This document shows positions 31,111-45,856 of a stretch of 64,000 nt of DNA, piece after piece. Under the pieces are notes generated by a model. That model was not told the origin of the DNA, searched no databases, and saw only the letters and a program-made list of their open reading frames with translations. A program made the translations under genes and the position numbers. The stretch is from NCBI RefSeq assembly GCF_009914755.1, contig NC_060926.1; one strand, given 5' to 3'. Position 1 is the stretch's first letter, and each line of letters starts with the position of its first letter. This DNA comes from the human T2T-CHM13v2.0 reference genome, Homo sapiens.

Positions 31111-33171
31111 CATGTTTTTTATTGCTACAAACTACATTATTTAGTTTTAAAAAATGAGAGCAGCTAATACTGAAACTATTATTTAATCAAATAACAGAGT
31201 ATATTTTCAACAAATCGCCTAGAAAATTGAGAACATCAAGCTTCAAATTAGTCAGTTATCTTAGGTATACATTTTGCATTTGGATATGAGAAATACTTTT
31301 CAGTTAGATTTCATGATTGTGAATCAAAAGTTTTAATATAATAATGGTTTCTACAACATAAGACAAAGTGAAAGCATCATGGAACAAAAATTGCTTAATT
31401 TACAAAATTATATTTCATCTTTATGCTAAATCTTGTGTTTCCTTTAATATATGACTTATAATTATGGTCCCTTTAGTGCAGTTCAAGTAAGACATTGACA
31501 AATTGAAGATACATTAAAATTATTTTTCAGAAAGAAAAAATATCACCTCTTATCGTATAAAGTATATTGAAATTCCAGTTTTTACTTGAATTCTAAGCCA
31601 ATACATAAAGGTGACTGGCTTTGCATTTTTAATTATACTTACCGCAGCAGACTTATTTGCCAAGCTTTCCAGTCACAACTTTTCACAACCATAGAATTCT
31701 AGACTTTCTTTTGAGAGAAGTCTTCTCATTCTGTATTTGGATAGAATGGAAAGAGTTGTCAATCAACTTGTTTTGACAAAATCACACTCAAAGTTTGTTT
31801 TCATAATACAACTTTTGAGTTTTCTCTTCCTTCCCATTTTCTCTGATTTCACCCTGCTTTTAATCCTAATCCCTTTTTTGTTGAAGTAGTATGTTTAGCA
31901 CACGCACACATACACACAATCACACAAGCTTAACACTGCTATTTTAAACGATTATAAATGCATTGTTCACCCAGTACTTTTCAGAGTAATGGAGTGTGCT
32001 GATGGAGAAGTTGTCTTTAGAACCAAGGAAATGGCTTTGATTTTAATAACAAAGTAATACTATTTGTACTGGAACAGCAGACATCGCTGCAGCTTAAAGT
32101 ACAGCCAGTACTAATTCACTGCTCATTATTTATTTTCTAGAAGAAAAACTGATTTCACAGGTCTGATCCATCCACTTTAAGGATGGATTACTTCCACTTT
32201 TTGACTTATATTTTATTTGCAGGGATCTTCAATAATGATCTAAGAAAAAAATAGCATCGTAGTTGTCAGAAAGTATAAATCTGTATGTCATTTAACAAAG
32301 AGCTTCTCAGTGCCTATTCTCAGCTTCAGTCTAGAGATCCTGTTCTGGGCCCTGAACAGTTAAACAAGAGTGACATGAAGACATATGGGAGGTGGTGCTT
32401 CCCGAGACTCCCAAACTTTGTTAGTCTCCAGTATGTTGATCTCCTCAAAAATAAATATATTTCTTTGGTAACAAATGCCCTTTTATTTGAAAAATAATTG
32501 ATTTTGCTTTTTCTTAGTGGAAGAACTAAAATTACAGTGAATAAAATATCAGTCATCTATTTATTTTCTTTGCATAATCTCTTTATCATTATGAGCTATC
32601 TAACATGGTGAGATTAATTTTCTTACATTTTACATATGTCATGCTGTTATCTTCTTTGAGGACTTTTGATGACTTCCCTTTCATCACAAGATAATGTAAA
32701 AACCCTGGACACAGCATTTATGACTTTAAAATACAACTTCAACTCTAAAACCATAACTTCAGACATTTTCTCCTCAAACATCATTAAGACAAAACTGTTA
32801 CTGCTTTCCTTCCTTCCCAAACCTTTTATAAAAATTCTAATTGGTTCCAATTTGATCAACTCTCTTCCTCTTTTTATATGTTTGCACTTTTTCCCTCTTC
32901 CCATTTTTTTAAGTCGTTTCTTTTTCCTGTAACGTATTCCATCTTCTTCTGAAGTCACCACAATTCCAACTAATCCTTCAGGGCACAACTTGTCTCATCT
33001 TCTTTATGAAACCCTCCTAGACTACAAAACAAAGCAAGTCTTCTTTCTTCTGTTTCCACCATAATCACACTTCCCAGTCATTTAAGAGCAATACGTGTGT
33101 CCAAAACCAACATTTGGGAAGGTGTAGCTTTACAGTATAAGAAGTCATAATGTTAATACAAAATATTGATA

Positions 33172-33320
33172 TAACAATATTTATCCAGCAGCAATTTGTG
33201 GAGCAATATACTTTGTGTGGAGAACTTTTCTAAATGTTGGGTATAAAAGAATGATCAAAGAAGACCAAAAGCCCTGTTTTTGTGGAACTCATGTTCTGGT
33301 AAAGTGGATAATCCAAACAT
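33172..33320 (-). mobile_element. L2 3' fragment (probably continues ~33970-34260)
   Basis: aatttgtggagcaatatactttgtgtgg...ctaaatgttgggtataaaagaatgatcaa...aaaagccctg...tggaactcatgttctggt. Confidence 0.55.
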
Positions 33321-33371
33321 ACATTATGTAAGTAAATTTCATAATATATTAGAACTTTTAGGGAAGAAATA

Positions 33372-33931
33372 TATGATGCTTAATTTTATGTGTCAACTTG
33401 ATTGGACCACGGGTGCCCAACTTTGGCCAAATATTATTCTAGATGTGTCTATATGGGGTGTTTCTAGCAGAAGTTTACATTTGAATCTGTAGACTGAGTA
33501 AAATAGATTGCCCTCTCCAATGTGGATGGATCACATCCAATAAATTAACGACTTTTATCAACCAAAATAACTAAGTAAGAGAGAACTCCTCCTACCTGAC
33601 TGCCTTGAGATAGAACATTGGTCTTTTCCTCCCTTCAAATCTGAACTAAAAAAAAAAAAATCAGCTTTTCTTAGGTTTCAAGACTGCTGACCTCTGGACT
33701 GGAACAGACACCATCAGCTCTTTTTGTTCTCAGACCTTTGGACTCATGCTGGAACTACACCATTGGCTTTCCTTGGTCTCCAGCTTGCCTACTGCAGGTC
33801 TTAAAATTTCTCAGGCTCTATAATCATATGAGCCAATTCTTTATAATAAATATGTATTTATTACATCTATATATCTATACTTATATCTATATCTTGTTGA
33901 TTCTGTTTCTCTGGAGAACCCTGACTTATAT
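33372..33931 (+). mobile_element. MLT2 (ERVL) solo LTR, MLT2B/D-like
   Basis: tgatgcttaattttatgtgtcaacttgattggaccac...agattgccctctccaatgtgg...ttctgtttctctggagaaccctgact. Confidence 0.9.
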
Positions 33932-34267
33932 GGAGGTTAACCTAGGGCACTGGGAACCAGAAAGATAAAAGATAGATTGGGTCAGGTCATGGAAGGCCTT
34001 TAATTTACTTCTGTTAGGGGGTAGAAACATATCACAAGTTTCTAAGCAGCAGTTTTACAGGAAAAAAAATGTTTTAGGAAAATCCTGAGCAAGAGTGGAC
34101 TAGCATAAGAAAAACTGAGGTAGGGTGGTGATGAAGATGTGACCAGAGCAAATTCAGTGAAAATGGAAATGAGGATAACAGGGCCTGACAAGGCATTGGC
34201 TATAGAAGATCAAAAAATAATTCCAGTTACTGGTTTTAATCCTAGGTGAGGGTAAAGATAGTATTGC

Positions 34268-34642
34268 TGAGATTCGGAGACTGAAAGGATTTATTTTCTG
34301 GTCACAACCCTGCTGACCAAAACAGGATCTGGTCTAGACAGGTTAAAGTGAAGAAACTGGCAAGAACCAGCAGATGGCCATAAAAGTGATCCCTAGTTTC
34401 CCTCATTGCTCATTAGTATAAGGCATTCCCACCAGTGTCATGGCAGTTTACAATTGCCACCCCTTTCTTAGAAAGTTTTAAATAACTTGCCCCTCAATTT
34501 ACATAGCTTTGCAAGGAGCAGTACTGTTTAGTAAAAATATTTCTGTCTAACACCACTGGCTCATCCTTGAGTTCTTTCTTGGGTGAAGCCAAGAACCCTC
34601 CTAGGCTAAGCCCTAATTTGTAGACTCATCTGTTCTGCATCA
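34268..34642 (+). mobile_element. ERV1 MER4-group LTR (MER66-like), internally deleted
   Basis: ctggtcacaaccctgctgaccaaaacaggatctggtc...cccaccagtgtcatggcagtttacaa...ttctttcttgggtgaagccaagaaccctc...ctgcatCA. Confidence 0.7.
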
Positions 34643-35184
34643 CTGTTATTCAGTGAAACCAGATGACTGAGAAAAATCTCAGAACAGAGGGAATAGATGA
34701 GTCCATATTTGCATATAGGCTGCAAACTGGGAGCCTATAAACCAAGCCCAACCCATCAATTTTTTTTTAATTCATTTGAAAGGCTTTCTAAAATTCTAAT
34801 TTCTTTTATCAATTCAAAAAAAAGTGACTCTATTTTTTAAAAACCTATACTTTTGACATTTTCACATAACATAGGAAGAATGGCTCTTCTGTAATTTAAC
34901 TATTAGTGGATTTGAGGATCAGTCACCTTTGTTAGACAAGTTGTGAATACTGTCGCTTGCTACAGGCCCCTCTCCAAGACTATTACTGAAACTGAGGCAG
35001 AGTCAGGAGCTACCTTACAATTTTTTGCACTTTGTAAATATTTCAACTACAGCTGTGGATTGTGCGTATACCTTAGATTGTGAGTCCGAAAGACAGAGCC
35101 AGGGTTTTTACAAGCCACCTTAAATTGTGTTTGTTATGTGATTCAATTAAAGCTTTAACGGCTATAAAACAGGAAGATTAACTA

Positions 35185-35380
35185 AACCCAGTCCTGACTG
35201 ATTTCAAATCCCAGGTATTTAGCAGGTGTCTTATCTTTTTTGAGCCTCAGATTCTGCATGGATAAAATGTTGTAATGGTACTACCTTCTCAGAGGGTGGT
35301 TATGAGGGTTTTATGGGCTATTGTGCAAAAGATGCTCAACACATTTTTTCAAACAATGACCAGGAAATGCTAGCCATAAT
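35185..35380 (+). mobile_element. MIR
   Basis: ctgactgatttcaaatcccag...ttgagcctcagattctgcatggataaaatg...actaccttctcagagggtggttatgaggg. Confidence 0.7.
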
Positions 35381-36689
35381 GTCAGGACAGTCAAATCTAA
35401 CATGTTACTACCTTGTAAAAACAAATGGAAGTAGCAAAGTTATAGTCTCGTAAACTGCGAGTCCTTCATGGGCTTACTTCTTGAGCAAGTTTTCTTTTGT
35501 CCATAAACACAAGCAATAAATAATTTTACTCATTTAAAGATAGAATAGTGTTCCTATGCTAAATCCATATCCATCTCATGAAAGCTTCTATATTTAATGG
35601 AATGTGGCATTTTAAAGCACTATACCACGCAACACTGTAGAAAATTTTGTCACAAAATTAGTCGGCTTGTTTATATCAGTTTATATATATTTATGGTGAA
35701 TGCCAGGGACTTTTTGCCTGCTATTTCATTTTATTTGCATACTATGAGTGCAATTTAAAAATTCACATTGTGTTTTCAGCAAATAAATAACAGATGTGGA
35801 AATTCAAGATGAATGTTTTATAGGCAATAAACAGCACTCATGTACACATAAAGTACATTATGTTATTTTATATACAATAAGAACATTTGAAAAAAATGCT
35901 CATATCACCAGGAATAAAACAGATATTACAATATGTATTGAAATACTATTTTAATATTTGCATGAAATAATTGTTGTCTAATAAAAATTTTGCAATACAG
36001 GGGGTTAAAAGAATTTAGAACATCTTAAAACTTGAATAAAAATCATTGTTTCTAATGAACTTTAATTTAATGAAAAGTCCTTTTCCACTTTAGGCTAACT
36101 TCTTTTTTAAGTTGAAGTAAGAATATGGTTGATTTTCCTTCTCTAATGCATTCCTTTCTCTTGATTACCAAATAAAAGTTAGATGCTCTACATCTGGAAA
36201 TGAAATTCCATTGTTTGCAAACTATCTTATTTTCAGACTTGACTTTAACAGAACATTCAAAGAGATTGTTTAAAAAAAGGTGCTGACACTGAATCGCAAG
36301 GCAATTTAATCTGAGTAGAGGTAGCTGAATTAGACTCATTAGCTTCAACTGTAATTGAACAGCCACCTTGGGAAAGCTTGTCCAAGAGAAAATGAGTATA
36401 GCTAAATTTAAGGCAAGGTGTAAGAGAATATCTGAAAGTGTAATGTTATGCGAAGTATTTCAGTATGGCCTATTAGTCACACCTAGAAGCCTGTTTTAAA
36501 AGTCTAGACAGACAATAAAAATAACTACAAGAGAAAAGAGAGATTCTGGATGCCTCTGGGAATTTCTTTTAGTGGAGAAATGATTTAAACTAACCATAAA
36601 CCACCTCTTCCACTTGCAAATAACTTTAGGATGGGTTAATTTTAGTGGAGAAATCACATTTAAATATTTTCTTAAAATGTGGCCAGATT

Positions 36690-37580
36690 ACTCCTCAGAG
36701 CCTTTATTGCTTTACTTTGCTGTAGAACAAGGTACATTAAATATATATATATATATTCTTGGTCTTGCATTTCTTGCAGCCTTAATCTACTATTATTATA
36801 TTAGAGTACTCTTGGTATAGTGTTATGTTATATGGGAGAGAAGGAACATTCTATAATCTTCTCATTAAACTCAGTCTTTTAGTGCACCTATACCTTGGGC
36901 TGTGAGCTTTACAAGTGTTCCTCAAATGGTATAACTTTTTTTTTCCCTCCCAGAGTCTCCTATTTTCTTTCCTAGTGTAGGGGTCTAATCAATTTACTTG
37001 AAATCTTCACTCCTGTTGACTGTGATTTCCCCTGATTGTGGATAGGAAGGCTCTGGAGGGGACTTAAGTCAGAGGAATTCCATTTTCTCAGGATAAAGTT
37101 CTGGCTAATTCTTTTCCTCTGGAAAGTAGGCTTTTGTTATGGAGAAGGATCTAGGATCATTTCAGAGTGATAACTCTCTCTCTCTGCTAGAGCCACAGTG
37201 AGAGATTCGAGATCTTAACTGTGAGAACTAGTGGCTTTCTGAGAAAACAGTCCAGAAAAGTATGGGCTTCCCCCAAGATTGCAGCTCAGAAGTTTTTTAT
37301 TCTCACACTAGTCCTCATCAGTCTATTGCATTCATCAAAGTTAGCATTTAAGTATTTATATTAGCTTCTGGCTCTAGCAGTTTCTGCTCCAGGTAAGCAG
37401 GTCTTGGCTGTGCCTCTTTGGACTCATCTGCCTCTCCAAATTTCAGGGTTGCAGGCTGCCTTATGATGTTAGCTATTTGGGATACAAGATAAGTCATTGA
37501 TTTTCACTTTTTCCAGCTATTCTTGTGAGTAGGTAAGTAAAGACTTCGAGCTTTACATTTTGGAAGTGAAACCAGAAGTA
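36690..37580 (-). mobile_element. Ancient L1M (L1MC/MD/ME-type) 5' UTR fragment
   Basis: Ends gacttcgagctttacattttggaagtgaaaccagaagt, the reverse complement of the ACTTCCGGTTTC start of old L1M 5' ends; internal motifs ctgctccaggtaagcag, gtcattgattttca. Confidence 0.6.
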
Positions 37581-38079
37581 ACCCCATCTATTTTAAAATG
37601 TTCATTATGATATTTTTCATACTAATTATTGTGGCTCCTTGATCTAGCTTCATATACTAATATTCTCTCAAATTACTAATTTCTTCTCTTCTTTTTGAGC
37701 ACACTACTTATTATTCCTATTTTAAATTCTTAACTCCTTCTATTTACTTTTATGAAACCCATATTTGTTCATTGTCATACTTCCATAGCAATGATATAAA
37801 ACATGTGTGTAATATTTTTTTATCCATAAGCTATTCTTACTTCCAAGTGTTCCCAAAGGTGAAGCTGGGTATGCTTATCAGGAGAAGATACTGAAACCCA
37901 GACTCTGATTTGTACCGTATCTTTGAGAAAAGTTGAGGGTTTTGCCTGAGGAAAGCGTACTCTAGATACTGAAGTACTCAAATTCCTACCACCATATCTT
38001 CTAGCTCCATCCCTCAGAGAACTTTGCAACTCCATCCCTCAGAATACTTCCTTAAACTTCAAAACATACACCAGTTTAT

Positions 38080-38382
38080 GGCCAGGTGTGGTGGTTCACA
38101 CTTGTAATCCCAGCACTTTGGAGTCCGAGGTGGGCAGATCACCTGAGGTCAGGAGTTCGAGACCAGCCTGGCCAACATGGTGAAACTCTGTCTCTACTAA
38201 AAATACAAAAATTAGCCCAGTGCGGTGGCAGATGCCTATAGTCCCAGCTACTAGGGAGGCTGAGGCAGTAGAATCTCTTGAACCTGGGAGGCAGAGGTTG
38301 CACTGAGCCGGGATCTTGCAACTGCACTCCAGCCTGGGCGACACAGTGAGACTCTGTCTCAAAAAAAAAAAAAAAAGAAAGA
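38080..38382 (+). mobile_element. AluSx-like
   Basis: ggccaggtgtggtggttcac...gatcacctgaggtcaggagttcgagacc...poly-A; degenerate TSD ta(c/t)accagtt on both sides. Confidence 0.97.
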
Positions 38383-39899
38383 AAAAGTATACCAGTTCAA
38401 GGTTATAATCTTGATTTTAATTCACATCTTTGAGAGTAGAGAATGGAGAGAAGAAGAAAGTAGAAACTTTCAAGTTTAGCTGGTCTACCTGAACCAGATT
38501 CCCGCCCTGGCCAAGCTTTGGTGCTGTCTTGTTGTTACCCTAACAAAACCTGGGTGGCCTCAGCTGCAGCAACTGTTTTTTGTTATGTACTGGCAGGGTC
38601 AAACAACAATATGCCAAAGTTAATGTGGGAGGAACAAAAGAAATGCTCAAAAGCTGCACCCAACATAGCCCCTTATGCAGAGCCTCTTGATTTAGACTGC
38701 AAATTCTCCCTTATCACTACTGACTTATTGCCGGAAGGGTTTCTCAACATTTGATGTTAATTTTTCAGAATGCTGCTTTTTTCTCCTTTTTCGTCTTTTC
38801 TCTAGAGTTAAGCTTTAAACAGGGGCCAACAGCATAGGCTAGTTCCATTTTTATTCTACATTCAATTTAAATTCATTGAAATGGAAACCAGACCCTTTGT
38901 CTAGACTGCCTCAAAATGGAGCTTTGCCTCTTTTGCCAGTGCTGATTTATTTCTAAAACATTGCTACTTAAACAATATCTGTCTTGAATAACATGATTCT
39001 ATATTAAGGTGAAGTTACCTTGTGGAAGTCTTTTTTCCTGAAATATAGAGTACTCTAATGGTCAAGGCTCTATCAAATATTATTTGTATAAATTCAATAA
39101 ATCTCTGAAATGAAGAAAGAAAATATGAAAGGATGATGCTCATCCTATAAACTACTGTAAAAACTTTTGTCTTCAGCATCATGTGGTATTTTCTTTTTTA
39201 AAATTTTATTTTAGGTTCAGGAGTATGTGTGTGTAAGTTATATACATAAATTGTGTGTCACAGAGGTTTTGTGTAGAGATTATTTTGTCACCTAGGTAAT
39301 AAGTGTAGTACCCAACAGGTAGTTTTTTTGATAATCTCCCTCCTGTCACTCTTAACCCTGAAGTAGGCCCCAGTGTCTGTTTTTTTCTTATTTGTGTCCA
39401 CATGTTCTCAATGTTTAGCTCCAACTTATAAGGCAGAACATGTTGTATTTATTTATTTCTTCTTGTGTTAGCTAGCTTAGAATAATGGCCTCCAGTTCCA
39501 TACATTGCTGCAAAGGATGTGATCTGATTCTTTTTCATGGCTGTTTAGTATTCCATGGTTTAAATGTACCACATCCTCTTTACTCAGTCTACTACTGATG
39601 GGTCTTTAGGTCGATTCCGTGTCTTTGCTATTGTGAATAGTGCTTCAGTGAACAGGTATGTGCATGTGTCTTTACCTTAGAACAATTTATAATCCTTTGA
39701 GTATATACCCAATTATGGTACTGCTGGGTTGAATGGTACTACTGTTTTAAGTTCTTTGAGAAATCACCAAACTGCTTTCCACAATTGCTACACTAATGTA
39801 CATTCCCATCAGCAGCGTATAAGCATTCCCTTTTCTCCACAACCTCACCAACATATGTTATTTTTTGACTTTAGTAATAGCCATTCTGATTGCTGTGAG

Positions 39900-39960
39900 A
39901 TATGTATGTGTATGTGTATATATACATGTATATGTATATGTATATGTACATGTATATGTT
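39900..39960. repeat. (TATG/TA)n microsatellite at an internal L1 deletion
   Basis: atatgtatgtgtatgtgtatatatacatgtatatgtatatgtatatgtacatgtatatg. Confidence 0.85.
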
Positions 39961-42126
39961 TTAAGGAAGAGGTCCAGTTTCAATCTTCTGCATATGACTA
40001 ACCAGTTATCCCTGCACCATTTATTGAATAAAGGGTCCTTTCCACATTGCTTGTTTTTGTCAACTTTATCAAAGATCAGATTGTTGTAAGTGTGTGGCTT
40101 TATTTATGGGCTCTCTATTCTGTGCCATTGGCCTATGTGTCTGTTTTTTTTTTGACAGTGTCATGCTGTTTTGGTTACTGTAGCATTGTAGTATAGTTTG
40201 AAGTCAGGTAATGTGATCCCTCCAGCTTTGTTCTTTTTGCTGAGAATTGCATTGGCTATCTGGGCTCTTTTTTTTGGTTCCACATAAATTTTAAAATAGG
40301 TTTCTTTTTGCTAATTCTGTGAAGAATGTTATTGGTAGTTTGATAGAAATAGCATTGAATCTATAAATTGCTTTGGACAGTATGGCCATTTTAAAAATAT
40401 TGATTTTTCCTATCCATGAGCATCAAATTTTTTTTTTAATTTTTTTGTGTTATTTCTGATTTCTTATTTTTGTGGATATTGTGAATAGGATTTTGTTTTT
40501 GACTTGGCTCTCAGCTTGGACATTGTTTATGTATAGAAATAATAATAATTTTTGTACATTGATTGTGTATCCTGAAACTGGGGAAGCTGTTTAACAAATC
40601 TAGGCATTTTGGGGCAGAAACTATTGGATTTTCTGGGTATATAATCATATCTTCTGCAAACAGATAGTTTGACTTTGTCTCTTCCTATTTGGATGCCTTT
40701 TATTCTTTCTCTTGAGTTATTGTCCTGGCTAAGGACTTCCAGTCCTATGCTGAATGGGAGTGGTAAGAGAGGACTTCCTTGTCTTGTTCTGGTTAACAAG
40801 GAGAATGCTTCCAAGTTTTGTCTGTTCAGTATGATGTTGGCTATGGGTTTGTCATAAATGGTTCTTATTATATTGAGGTATGTTCTTTCAATAACTAGTT
40901 TGTTGAAGGTTGTAAACATGAAAGGATGTTGAATTATATCAAGTTTTTTCTGTGTCTATAGAGATGATCATGTGGTTTCTCTTTTTACTTCTGCTTATGT
41001 GATAAATCACACTTATTGATTTGCCTATGTTGAAATGTCCCTGCATCCCAGTGATAAAGCCTACTTGGTCATGGTGTTTCAGCTTTTTCATGAGCTGCTG
41101 GATTCAAATTGTTAGTGTTTTATTTAGGATTTTTGCATCCATGACCAAGGATATTGATCTAAGTTTTCTTTTTTTATTGTGCCTCTGGTGAGTTTGAGTT
41201 TTGGTTTCAGGTTGATGCTGGCCTCATAGAATGAACTAGAGAGAAGTCCTTCTTCCTTCTTCTTTTTTTTTTTTTTTTTTTTTTTGAATATTTTCAGTAG
41301 GAATGGTACCAGCTCTTCTTCATACATCTCATAAAATTTGGCTGTGAATCCATCTGGTCCTAGGCTTTTTCTGGTTGGTAACATTTTTATTACTGATTCA
41401 ATTTCAGGACTTGTTATTGGTATATTGAGGGATTCCGTTTCTTCTTGGTTCAATCTTGGGAGGTTGTATGTTTCCAGGAATTTCATCTATATTTTCTAGT
41501 TTGTGTGCATAGAGGGGTTCACAGTCTCTGAGGGCATTTTTGTTTTTCTGTGAGGTTAGTGGCAATGTCCTCTTTGTCATTTCTCATTGTGTTTATTTGG
41601 AACTTCTGTCTTTTTTCTTTATTTGACTACTTAGTGGTCTATCAATCATATTCATTATTTCAAAACACAAACTGCTGACTTCATTGATCTTTTATATGGT
41701 TTTTCACATCTCAGTTTCCATCAATTCAGCTCTGATTTTTAGTATTTCTTGTCTTCTCCTAGCTTTGGGGTTGGTTTGCTCTTGTTTCTCTAGTTCTTCT
41801 AGGTGTGCTGTTATGCTATTTATTTGAGGTCTTTCTAATTTTTTGATGTGGAGGTTTAGCACTATAAACTTACCTCTTAGCACTGCTTTAGCTGTCTGCC
41901 AGAGATTATGTTAAGTTGTAACTTCATTCTTATTAGTGTCAAATAATGTCTTAATTTGTGCCTTAATTTCATTGTTTACCCAAAAGTCATTCAGGAGCAG
42001 GTTAATTTCCACGTAATTGTATAGTTTTGAGCAATTTTCTTAGTATTTACGTCTATTTTTATTGCACTGTTGTCTGAGAGTGTGTTTGGTACGATTCATT
42101 ATTTTGAATTTGATGAGGATTTTTAA

Positions 42127-42446
<320 letters not shown>

Positions 42447-42717
42447 TGTGTGGTTGATTTTAGAGTATGTGTCATGTGCAGATGAAAAAATGTATATTCT
42501 GTGGTTTGGGGGTACACAGTTCTGTAGATATCTATTAGGCCCATTTGGTCAAGTGTGGAGTTCATGTCCAGAATATCTTTGTAAGTTTTCTGCCTCGATG
42601 ATTTGCCTAATACTGTCAGTAGGATCTTGAAGTCTCCTACTATTATTGTGTGGTTATCTAAGTCTCTTCATAGGTACCTAAGAACTTGCTTTATGAATCT
42701 GGGTTCTTCTTTATTAA

Positions 42718-42828
42718 TTACATATATACTTATGATAGTTGTATGTTATATATCTATATATATAAAACTATATATATACATATATACATAGATAGTTGTA
42801 TGATACATACTTATGATACATATATACT
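42718..42828. repeat. TA-rich micro-duplication patch inside L1
   Basis: Repeated blocks catatatactt, gatagttgtatg and tacttatgata with (TA)n. Confidence 0.75.
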
Positions 42829-45691
42829 TCTTGTTGAATTGAACCCTTTACCAAAATGTAATGCCTTTGTCATTTTTATTGTTGTCTTAATGTCTGCTTT
42901 GTCTGAAATTAGAATAGCAACCCCTACTTTTTTCTGTTTTCCATTTCCGTGGTAGTTTTTCTCCATCCCTTTACTTTGAGCCTATGGGTGTCATTGTTAG
43001 TAAGATGGGCTTTTGAAGAGAGCATACAGTAGGGTCTCACTTCTTTATCCAAATTCTCACTGTATGCCTCTTAACTGGGGCATTTAGGCCACTTACATTC
43101 AAGGTCAATATTGATATGTGCAGATTCGATCCTGTCATCATGTTGTTAGGTGCTTCTTATGGAGCCTTGATTGCATGGTTGCTTTATAGTGTCCATGGTT
43201 TATATACTTAAGGTATGTTTTTGTGGTAGTGGGTAATGGTCTTTTATTTTCATATTTAGCACTCCCTTGAGTACCTCTTATAAGGCAGGTGTGGTGGTAA
43301 TAAATTATCTTAGCCTTTGCTTGTCTGAAAAGTATCTTATTTCTACTTTTCACTTACAATGCTTATTTTGGCTGGATACAAAATTCTTGGTTGGAGTTTC
43401 TTTTCTTTAAGAATGCTGAATATAGGCTCCAATCTCTTCTGGGTTGTACAGTTTCTGTTGAAAGTTCTGCTGTTGGGCTTCTCTTTGCAGGTGACCTGTC
43501 CATTCTCTCTAGCTGACGTGAATATTTTTTCTTTCATGTCAACCTTAGAGAACCTCATGATGATGTGTTTTAGGGATGGTTGTCTTGTATAGTATCTCAC
43601 AGGGGTATGCTGCATTTTCTGAATTTGAATGTTGGCCTCTCTAGTAAGGTTGGGGAAATTTTCATAGATGATATCCTCAAATACGTTTTCCAAGTTTGTT
43701 GTATTCTCTCCCTCCCTTTCAGGGATGTCAATGAGTCATAGATTTGGTCTCTTTGCCTAACCTCACATTTCTCGGAGGTTTTGTTTATTTTTTATTATTC
43801 TTTCTTTATTTTTGTCTGAGTTAGTTTGGATAAAAAGTCTTTTAGATCTGAGATTATTTCCTTAGCTTGGTCTTTTCTGCTGTTAATACTCTGTTATTAC
43901 TTGTGGTTGCGTTCTGTAATTCTTGAAGTGTGTTTTAAGCTCTATCAGATCAGTTTGGTTCTTTCTTATAATGACTGTTTTTTCTTTCAATTCCTGTACT
44001 GTTTCATTGTAATCCTTACATTTCTTGGATTGTGTTTTGACTTTCTCCTGAATCTCGATGATACTCATCCTTGTCCATATTTTGAATTCTGTGTCTGTCA
44101 TTTTAGCTATTTCAGCCTGTTTAAGAACCTTGCTGGGGGACTAATGTGGTTATTTGAAGGAAAGCAGACACTCTCTTTGTGTTCCCAGAGATCTTGTGAT
44201 GGGTCTTTCTCATCTGTGTGGGCTGGTGTGCCTTTAAATGTGGTGTTATTTGTGTATAGTCAGTTGACTTTGTTTCTGGATGTTTACAGAGGGCCAAGAC
44301 TTTATGCAGAGTCTTTAGTTGTAGCTGAATTCTTGTCCTTGGTTTTATGAGGGGGTGTATTAGCAAAGTATTTTTGGTATTGAAGTTTCAGCTATGATCT
44401 GCTATTTTCTTAAGTCTAAATTTAAACAATTTATGTGCACCGTATTCCAATTTATTTAGCAAATGACGCTTAAAATAATTTTTGTTTTCCAACATTACAC
44501 ATAGCTAATAGAATGCCTCAGTCAACAATATAAAGATTCCAGTAAATCTCACTTTATATGTTAAGAATATAACAAACATACCAAAATATTTCTAATAATT
44601 AACATTAGATAAAATAATCACCTTTTAAATTTAATAATTGCTTTAATAGTCTCTCAAAATTTTAGACACCCGTAACCTCCTTAAAAACCACAATTAACTA
44701 TTGTGTTATTAATGAATACAATAAAAGACAACAGTTTTAATAGGTTTCTGGTATTTATCTTTGCATATATTTGTAGTGTTTTCTTGCTTACTAGAAGAGA
44801 TGGTCTCTGAACTCATTTCTGTTAAACTTCACAAGTTTTTCTTTCTTGATTTTCATATCTATTCTTGATCAAGAAATTCAATTGTTCCAATTAGTGGGAG
44901 AAAAATTCAAGAATGTCAAAACAAATAGTTAAAAAGAGTGTATTATTGTATCTCTTAATTTACAAAGGTCTCTCACCTATTTCTCAGAGCAAGCAACTTC
45001 AGAAAATAAATCCAGTGCTAAATTTCCCTGTTGATTCTCTACTAGATTCACTACTATAAATCGATTATGTTCGAGCATGTGTCTGAAAGTTGATCCTATA
45101 AGACGAAAGGTTAAAGAGTGAATCATTATCTAACACACTTGAGAGAGTTTTAACAGTTAAATTTTATAATCTAAGGAAGGATGGATGCTAAGAATAAAAG
45201 GAAATAATAGTACCAGTTTATAAGCAAATGCTTTAAACTGGTTTTATTTAACTAAGTTTTCATGTCATTATAAGAAAGATCTAGCTAAAAAAAATAAGTC
45301 CATAAAATTTCACATACAAAATAGAAAATTGTGGATTAGGCTTATTCCCTTTAGCTAAATAATTCAATAGCTATCATTTTCTTCTGGTTATGATTTAGTG
45401 GTAAAATATACATTGCCTATGATCTTCATTTATTCCTTGAGCTTCTACTGTATCTCAAATAAAGCCCTGAGAATTTAAAAATGAATTTGTCAGTGTATTT
45501 GAGGTCCACTGATTGAGGAAATTAAGCAAATGGGTAATATTGAACTAATAAAAATTATACAAAAATATGGCCTTGCCATTAATCAGGCTGTGATAACAAA
45601 CACTCTCAAATCTTTCTGCAAAGTTAACAAGAAACAATGTTTCTCTCAAGTTGATGTTGTAACATTAAAGTGTCATAATTATCCACTTTTT

Positions 45692-45851
45692 AAAAATCTT
45701 TAAATTTTTTAAATTTTTTTCTTTTTCACAGACAGGGTCTAGCTCTGTCACCAACCCTGGAGTGCAGTGGCACAATCATAGCTCACTGCAGCCTCAAACC
45801 CCTAGGCTCAAATGATCCTCCTGTCTTAGCCTCCCAAGTAGCGAGGACTAA
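45692..45851 (-). mobile_element. FLAM (free left Alu monomer), slightly 5' truncated
   Basis: gacagggtctagctctgtcacc...gctcactgcagcctcaaacccctaggctcaaatgatcctcctg; TSD aattatcc(a/t)cttttt at 45677-45691 and 45852-45866. Confidence 0.88.
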
Positions 45852-45856
45852 AATTA

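Noticed and set aside
32647-32988. 113-aa lysine-rich minus ORF overlapping an 88-aa plus ORF
   Set aside because: Non-ATG start, compositional bias, partly degraded L2-like sequence, no recognisable domain.
36567-36665. tttagtggagaaat repeated ~72 bp apart; similar small duplications at 9833-9869, 26520-26538, 27893-27922, 38005-38043, 53841-53869
   Set aside because: Ordinary short slippage duplications with no shared motif or periodicity.
43826-44350. 174-aa hydrophobic plus-strand ORF
   Set aside because: Antisense to A-rich L1 ORF1; hydrophobicity follows from T-richness.
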